Source of the DNA: Phaeosaccion multiseriatum
Taxonomy: Eukaryota > Protista > Ochrophyta, other classes
DNA length: 64,000 nt
Direction of reading: 5' to 3'
Assembly (NCBI GenBank): GCA_965112735.1
Contig: OZ218965.1
Coordinates: 2,356,001-2,420,000, forward strand
A program made the translations under genes and the position numbers. A model generated the notes under the pieces. The model was given only the letters and a program-made list of their open reading frames with translations, was not told the DNA's origin and did not search any database. Positions 58,501 through 64,000 of the stretch are shown in pieces (position 1 is the first letter of the stretch; the number at the start of each line of letters is the position of its first letter).

Positions 58501-61500
58501 TAGGGTTAGGGTTAGGGTTAGGGTTAGGGTTAGGGTTAGGGTTAGGGTTAGGGTTAGGGTTAGGGTTAGGGTTAGGGTTAGGGTTAGGGTTAGGGTTAGG
58601 GTTAGGGTTAGGGTTAGGGTTAGGGTTAGGGTTAGGGTTAGGGTTAGGGTTAGGGTTAGGGTTAGGGTTAGGGTTAGGGTTAGGGTTAGGGTTAGGGTTA
58701 GGGTTAGGGTTAGGGTTAGGGTTAGGGTTAGGGTTAGGGTTAGGGTTAGGGTTAGGGTTAGGGTTAGGGTTAGGGTTAGGGTTAGGGTTAGGGTTAGGGT
58801 TAGGGTTAGGGTTAGGGTTAGGGTTAGGGTTAGGGTTAGGGTTAGGGTTAGGGTTAGGGTTAGGGTTAGGGTTAGGGTTAGGGTTAGGGTTAGGGTTAGG
58901 GTTAGGGTTAGGGTTAGGGTTAGGGTTAGGGTTAGGGTTAGGGTTAGGGTTAGGGTTAGGGTTAGGGTTAGGGTTAGGGTTAGGGTTAGGGTTAGGGTTA
59001 GGGTTAGGGTTAGGGTTAGGGTTAGGGTTAGGGTTAGGGTTAGGGTTAGGGTTAGGGTTAGGGTTAGGGTTAGGGTTAGGGTTAGGGTTAGGGTTAGGGT
59101 TAGGGTTAGGGTTAGGGTTAGGGTTAGGGTTAGGGTTAGGGTTAGGGTTAGGGTTAGGGTTAGGGTTAGGGTTAGGGTTAGGGTTAGGGTTAGGGTTAGG
59201 GTTAGGGTTAGGGTTAGGGTTAGGGTTAGGGTTAGGGTTAGGGTTAGGGTTAGGGTTAGGGTTAGGGTTAGGGTTAGGGTTAGGGTTAGGGTTAGGGTTA
59301 GGGTTAGGGTTAGGGTTAGGGTTAGGGTTAGGGTTAGGGTTAGGGTTAGGGTTAGGGTTAGGGTTAGGGTTAGGGTTAGGGTTAGGGTTAGGGTTAGGGT
59401 TAGGGTTAGGGTTAGGGTTAGGGTTAGGGTTAGGGTTAGGGTTAGGGTTAGGGTTAGGGTTAGGGTTAGGGTTAGGGTTAGGGTTAGGGTTAGGGTTAGG
59501 GTTAGGGTTAGGGTTAGGGTTAGGGTTAGGGTTAGGGTTAGGGTTAGGGTTAGGGTTAGGGTTAGGGTTAGGGTTAGGGTTAGGGTTAGGGTTAGGGTTA
59601 GGGTTAGGGTTAGGGTTAGGGTTAGGGTTAGGGTTAGGGTTAGGGTTAGGGTTAGGGTTAGGGTTAGGGTTAGGGTTAGGGTTAGGGTTAGGGTTAGGGT
59701 TAGGGTTAGGGTTAGGGTTAGGGTTAGGGTTAGGGTTAGGGTTAGGGTTAGGGTTAGGGTTAGGGTTAGGGTTAGGGTTAGGGTTAGGGTTAGGGTTAGG
59801 GTTAGGGTTAGGGTTAGGGTTAGGGTTAGGGTTAGGGTTAGGGTTAGGGTTAGGGTTAGGGTTAGGGTTAGGGTTAGGGTTAGGGTTAGGGTTAGGGTTA
59901 GGGTTAGGGTTAGGGTTAGGGTTAGGGTTAGGGTTAGGGTTAGGGTTAGGGTTAGGGTTAGGGTTAGGGTTAGGGTTAGGGTTAGGGTTAGGGTTAGGGT
60001 TAGGGTTAGGGTTAGGGTTAGGGTTAGGGTTAGGGTTAGGGTTAGGGTTAGGGTTAGGGTTAGGGTTAGGGTTAGGGTTAGGGTTAGGGTTAGGGTTAGG
60101 GTTAGGGTTAGGGTTAGGGTTAGGGTTAGGGTTAGGGTTAGGGTTAGGGTTAGGGTTAGGGTTAGGGTTAGGGTTAGGGTTAGGGTTAGGGTTAGGGTTA
60201 GGGTTAGGGTTAGGGTTAGGGTTAGGGTTAGGGTTAGGGTTAGGGTTAGGGTTAGGGTTAGGGTTAGGGTTAGGGTTAGGGTTAGGGTTAGGGTTAGGGT
60301 TAGGGTTAGGGTTAGGGTTAGGGTTAGGGTTAGGGTTAGGGTTAGGGTTAGGGTTAGGGTTAGGGTTAGGGTTAGGGTTAGGGTTAGGGTTAGGGTTAGG
60401 GTTAGGGTTAGGGTTAGGGTTAGGGTTAGGGTTAGGGTTAGGGTTAGGGTTAGGGTTAGGGTTAGGGTTAGGGTTAGGGTTAGGGTTAGGGTTAGGGTTA
60501 GGGTTAGGGTTAGGGTTAGGGTTAGGGTTAGGGTTAGGGTTAGGGTTAGGGTTAGGGTTAGGGTTAGGGTTAGGGTTAGGGTTAGGGTTAGGGTTAGGGT
60601 TAGGGTTAGGGTTAGGGTTAGGGTTAGGGTTAGGGTTAGGGTTAGGGTTAGGGTTAGGGTTAGGGTTAGGGTTAGGGTTAGGGTTAGGGTTAGGGTTAGG
60701 GTTAGGGTTAGGGTTAGGGTTAGGGTTAGGGTTAGGGTTAGGGTTAGGGTTAGGGTTAGGGTTAGGGTTAGGGTTAGGGTTAGGGTTAGGGTTAGGGTTA
60801 GGGTTAGGGTTAGGGTTAGGGTTAGGGTTAGGGTTAGGGTTAGGGTTAGGGTTAGGGTTAGGGTTAGGGTTAGGGTTAGGGTTAGGGTTAGGGTTAGGGT
60901 TAGGGTTAGGGTTAGGGTTAGGGTTAGGGTTAGGGTTAGGGTTAGGGTTAGGGTTAGGGTTAGGGTTAGGGTTAGGGTTAGGGTTAGGGTTAGGGTTAGG
61001 GTTAGGGTTAGGGTTAGGGTTAGGGTTAGGGTTAGGGTTAGGGTTAGGGTTAGGGTTAGGGTTAGGGTTAGGGTTAGGGTTAGGGTTAGGGTTAGGGTTA
61101 GGGTTAGGGTTAGGGTTAGGGTTAGGGTTAGGGTTAGGGTTAGGGTTAGGGTTAGGGTTAGGGTTAGGGTTAGGGTTAGGGTTAGGGTTAGGGTTAGGGT
61201 TAGGGTTAGGGTTAGGGTTAGGGTTAGGGTTAGGGTTAGGGTTAGGGTTAGGGTTAGGGTTAGGGTTAGGGTTAGGGTTAGGGTTAGGGTTAGGGTTAGG
61301 GTTAGGGTTAGGGTTAGGGTTAGGGTTAGGGTTAGGGTTAGGGTTAGGGTTAGGGTTAGGGTTAGGGTTAGGGTTAGGGTTAGGGTTAGGGTTAGGGTTA
61401 GGGTTAGGGTTAGGGTTAGGGTTAGGGTTAGGGTTAGGGTTAGGGTTAGGGTTAGGGTTAGGGTTAGGGTTAGGGTTAGGGTTAGGGTTAGGGTTAGGGT

Positions 61501-64000
61501 TAGGGTTAGGGTTAGGGTTAGGGTTAGGGTTAGGGTTAGGGTTAGGGTTAGGGTTAGGGTTAGGGTTAGGGTTAGGGTTAGGGTTAGGGTTAGGGTTAGG
61601 GTTAGGGTTAGGGTTAGGGTTAGGGTTAGGGTTAGGGTTAGGGTTAGGGTTAGGGTTAGGGTTAGGGTTAGGGTTAGGGTTAGGGTTAGGGTTAGGGTTA
61701 GGGTTAGGGTTAGGGTTAGGGTTAGGGTTAGGGTTAGGGTTAGGGTTAGGGTTAGGGTTAGGGTTAGGGTTAGGGTTAGGGTTAGGGTTAGGGTTAGGGT
61801 TAGGGTTAGGGTTAGGGTTAGGGTTAGGGTTAGGGTTAGGGTTAGGGTTAGGGTTAGGGTTAGGGTTAGGGTTAGGGTTAGGGTTAGGGTTAGGGTTAGG
61901 GTTAGGGTTAGGGTTAGGGTTAGGGTTAGGGTTAGGGTTAGGGTTAGGGTTAGGGTTAGGGTTAGGGTTAGGGTTAGGGTTAGGGTTAGGGTTAGGGTTA
62001 GGGTTAGGGTTAGGGTTAGGGTTAGGGTTAGGGTTAGGGTTAGGGTTAGGGTTAGGGTTAGGGTTAGGGTTAGGGTTAGGGTTAGGGTTAGGGTTAGGGT
62101 TAGGGTTAGGGTTAGGGTTAGGGTTAGGGTTAGGGTTAGGGTTAGGGTTAGGGTTAGGGTTAGGGTTAGGGTTAGGGTTAGGGTTAGGGTTAGGGTTAGG
62201 GTTAGGGTTAGGGTTAGGGTTAGGGTTAGGGTTAGGGTTAGGGTTAGGGTTAGGGTTAGGGTTAGGGTTAGGGTTAGGGTTAGGGTTAGGGTTAGGGTTA
62301 GGGTTAGGGTTAGGGTTAGGGTTAGGGTTAGGGTTAGGGTTAGGGTTAGGGTTAGGGTTAGGGTTAGGGTTAGGGTTAGGGTTAGGGTTAGGGTTAGGGT
62401 TAGGGTTAGGGTTAGGGTTAGGGTTAGGGTTAGGGTTAGGGTTAGGGTTAGGGTTAGGGTTAGGGTTAGGGTTAGGGTTAGGGTTAGGGTTAGGGTTAGG
62501 GTTAGGGTTAGGGTTAGGGTTAGGGTTAGGGTTAGGGTTAGGGTTAGGGTTAGGGTTAGGGTTAGGGTTAGGGTTAGGGTTAGGGTTAGGGTTAGGGTTA
62601 GGGTTAGGGTTAGGGTTAGGGTTAGGGTTAGGGTTAGGGTTAGGGTTAGGGTTAGGGTTAGGGTTAGGGTTAGGGTTAGGGTTAGGGTTAGGGTTAGGGT
62701 TAGGGTTAGGGTTAGGGTTAGGGTTAGGGTTAGGGTTAGGGTTAGGGTTAGGGTTAGGGTTAGGGTTAGGGTTAGGGTTAGGGTTAGGGTTAGGGTTAGG
62801 GTTAGGGTTAGGGTTAGGGTTAGGGTTAGGGTTAGGGTTAGGGTTAGGGTTAGGGTTAGGGTTAGGGTTAGGGTTAGGGTTAGGGTTAGGGTTAGGGTTA
62901 GGGTTAGGGTTAGGGTTAGGGTTAGGGTTAGGGTTAGGGTTAGGGTTAGGGTTAGGGTTAGGGTTAGGGTTAGGGTTAGGGTTAGGGTTAGGGTTAGGGT
63001 TAGGGTTAGGGTTAGGGTTAGGGTTAGGGTTAGGGTTAGGGTTAGGGTTAGGGTTAGGGTTAGGGTTAGGGTTAGGGTTAGGGTTAGGGTTAGGGTTAGG
63101 GTTAGGGTTAGGGTTAGGGTTAGGGTTAGGGTTAGGGTTAGGGTTAGGGTTAGGGTTAGGGTTAGGGTTAGGGTTAGGGTTAGGGTTAGGGTTAGGGTTA
63201 GGGTTAGGGTTAGGGTTAGGGTTAGGGTTAGGGTTAGGGTTAGGGTTAGGGTTAGGGTTAGGGTTAGGGTTAGGGTTAGGGTTAGGGTTAGGGTTAGGGT
63301 TAGGGTTAGGGTTAGGGTTAGGGTTAGGGTTAGGGTTAGGGTTAGGGTTAGGGTTAGGGTTAGGGTTAGGGTTAGGGTTAGGGTTAGGGTTAGGGTTAGG
63401 GTTAGGGTTAGGGTTAGGGTTAGGGTTAGGGTTAGGGTTAGGGTTAGGGTTAGGGTTAGGGTTAGGGTTAGGGTTAGGGTTAGGGTTAGGGTTAGGGTTA
63501 GGGTTAGGGTTAGGGTTAGGGTTAGGGTTAGGGTTAGGGTTAGGGTTAGGGTTAGGGTTAGGGTTAGGGTTAGGGTTAGGGTTAGGGTTAGGGTTAGGGT
63601 TAGGGTTAGGGTTAGGGTTAGGGTTAGGGTTAGGGTTAGGGTTAGGGTTAGGGTTAGGGTTAGGGTTAGGGTTAGGGTTAGGGTTAGGGTTAGGGTTAGG
63701 GTTAGGGTTAGGGTTAGGGTTAGGGTTAGGGTTAGGGTTAGGGTTAGGGTTAGGGTTAGGGTTAGGGTTAGGGTTAGGGTTAGGGTTAGGGTTAGGGTTA
63801 GGGTTAGGGTTAGGGTTAGGGTTAGGGTTAGGGTTAGGGTTAGGGTTAGGGTTAGGGTTAGGGTTAGGGTTAGGGTTAGGGTTAGGGTTAGGGTTAGGGT
63901 TAGGGTTAGGGTTAGGGTTAGGGTTAGGGTTAGGGTTAGGGTTAGGGTTAGGGTTAGGGTTAGGGTTAGGGTTAGGGTTAGGGTTAGGGTTAGGGTTAGG
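55549..64000 (+). repeat. Telomere (TTAGGG)n, at least 8.4 kb; TTAGG and TTAGGGG variants only in the proximal ~700 bp
   Basis: Direct reading; G-rich strand runs towards the window end. Confidence 0.99.

Overview
Right-hand end of a GC-rich, intron-containing eukaryotic chromosome. A signal peptide followed by an ASAFAP-like plastid-targeting motif suggests an alga with a complex red plastid, probably an ochrophyte. Positions 1-30.6 kb hold compact housekeeping genes: COPI-associated membrane protein, B-box/IQ protein, a large type-I membrane reprolysin-like pseudoprotease, PLOD-type glycosyltransferase, MINDY3-like deubiquitinase, ATX1 copper chaperone, metallophosphoesterase, TyrRS, plastid YqeY, a repeat protein and NEDD8. 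Positions 30.7-36 kb are a subtelomeric zone of gene fragments and small hairpin elements. A 42-bp satellite (36053-55548) abuts 8.4 kb of (TTAGGG)n and is interrupted by nested insertions whose junctions can be read exactly. (A) An internally deleted chromovirus-like Ty3/gypsy element (36384-53631, TSD CAGT). (B) Inside its integrase, a composite (38203-51008, TSD GTTC) made of a palindromic mini-element joined to a young 12.5-kb gypsy element with identical 196-bp LTRs. Both gypsy elements carry an intact-looking MUT-7/WRN-type DEDDy 3'-5' exonuclease plus an unknown domain inside Pol, between RNase H and integrase. The young element also shows a Tf1-type self-priming PBS, a UGA-CGG plus stem-loop readthrough signal, and two identical CC-G7-T frame breaks. 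The small palindromic and foldback elements have TG..CA ends; the palindrome ends copy the retroelement U3 end, and the foldback and the composite have 4-bp TSDs. They may parasitise the retroelement integrase. All calls were made by eye from motifs; no searches were run.
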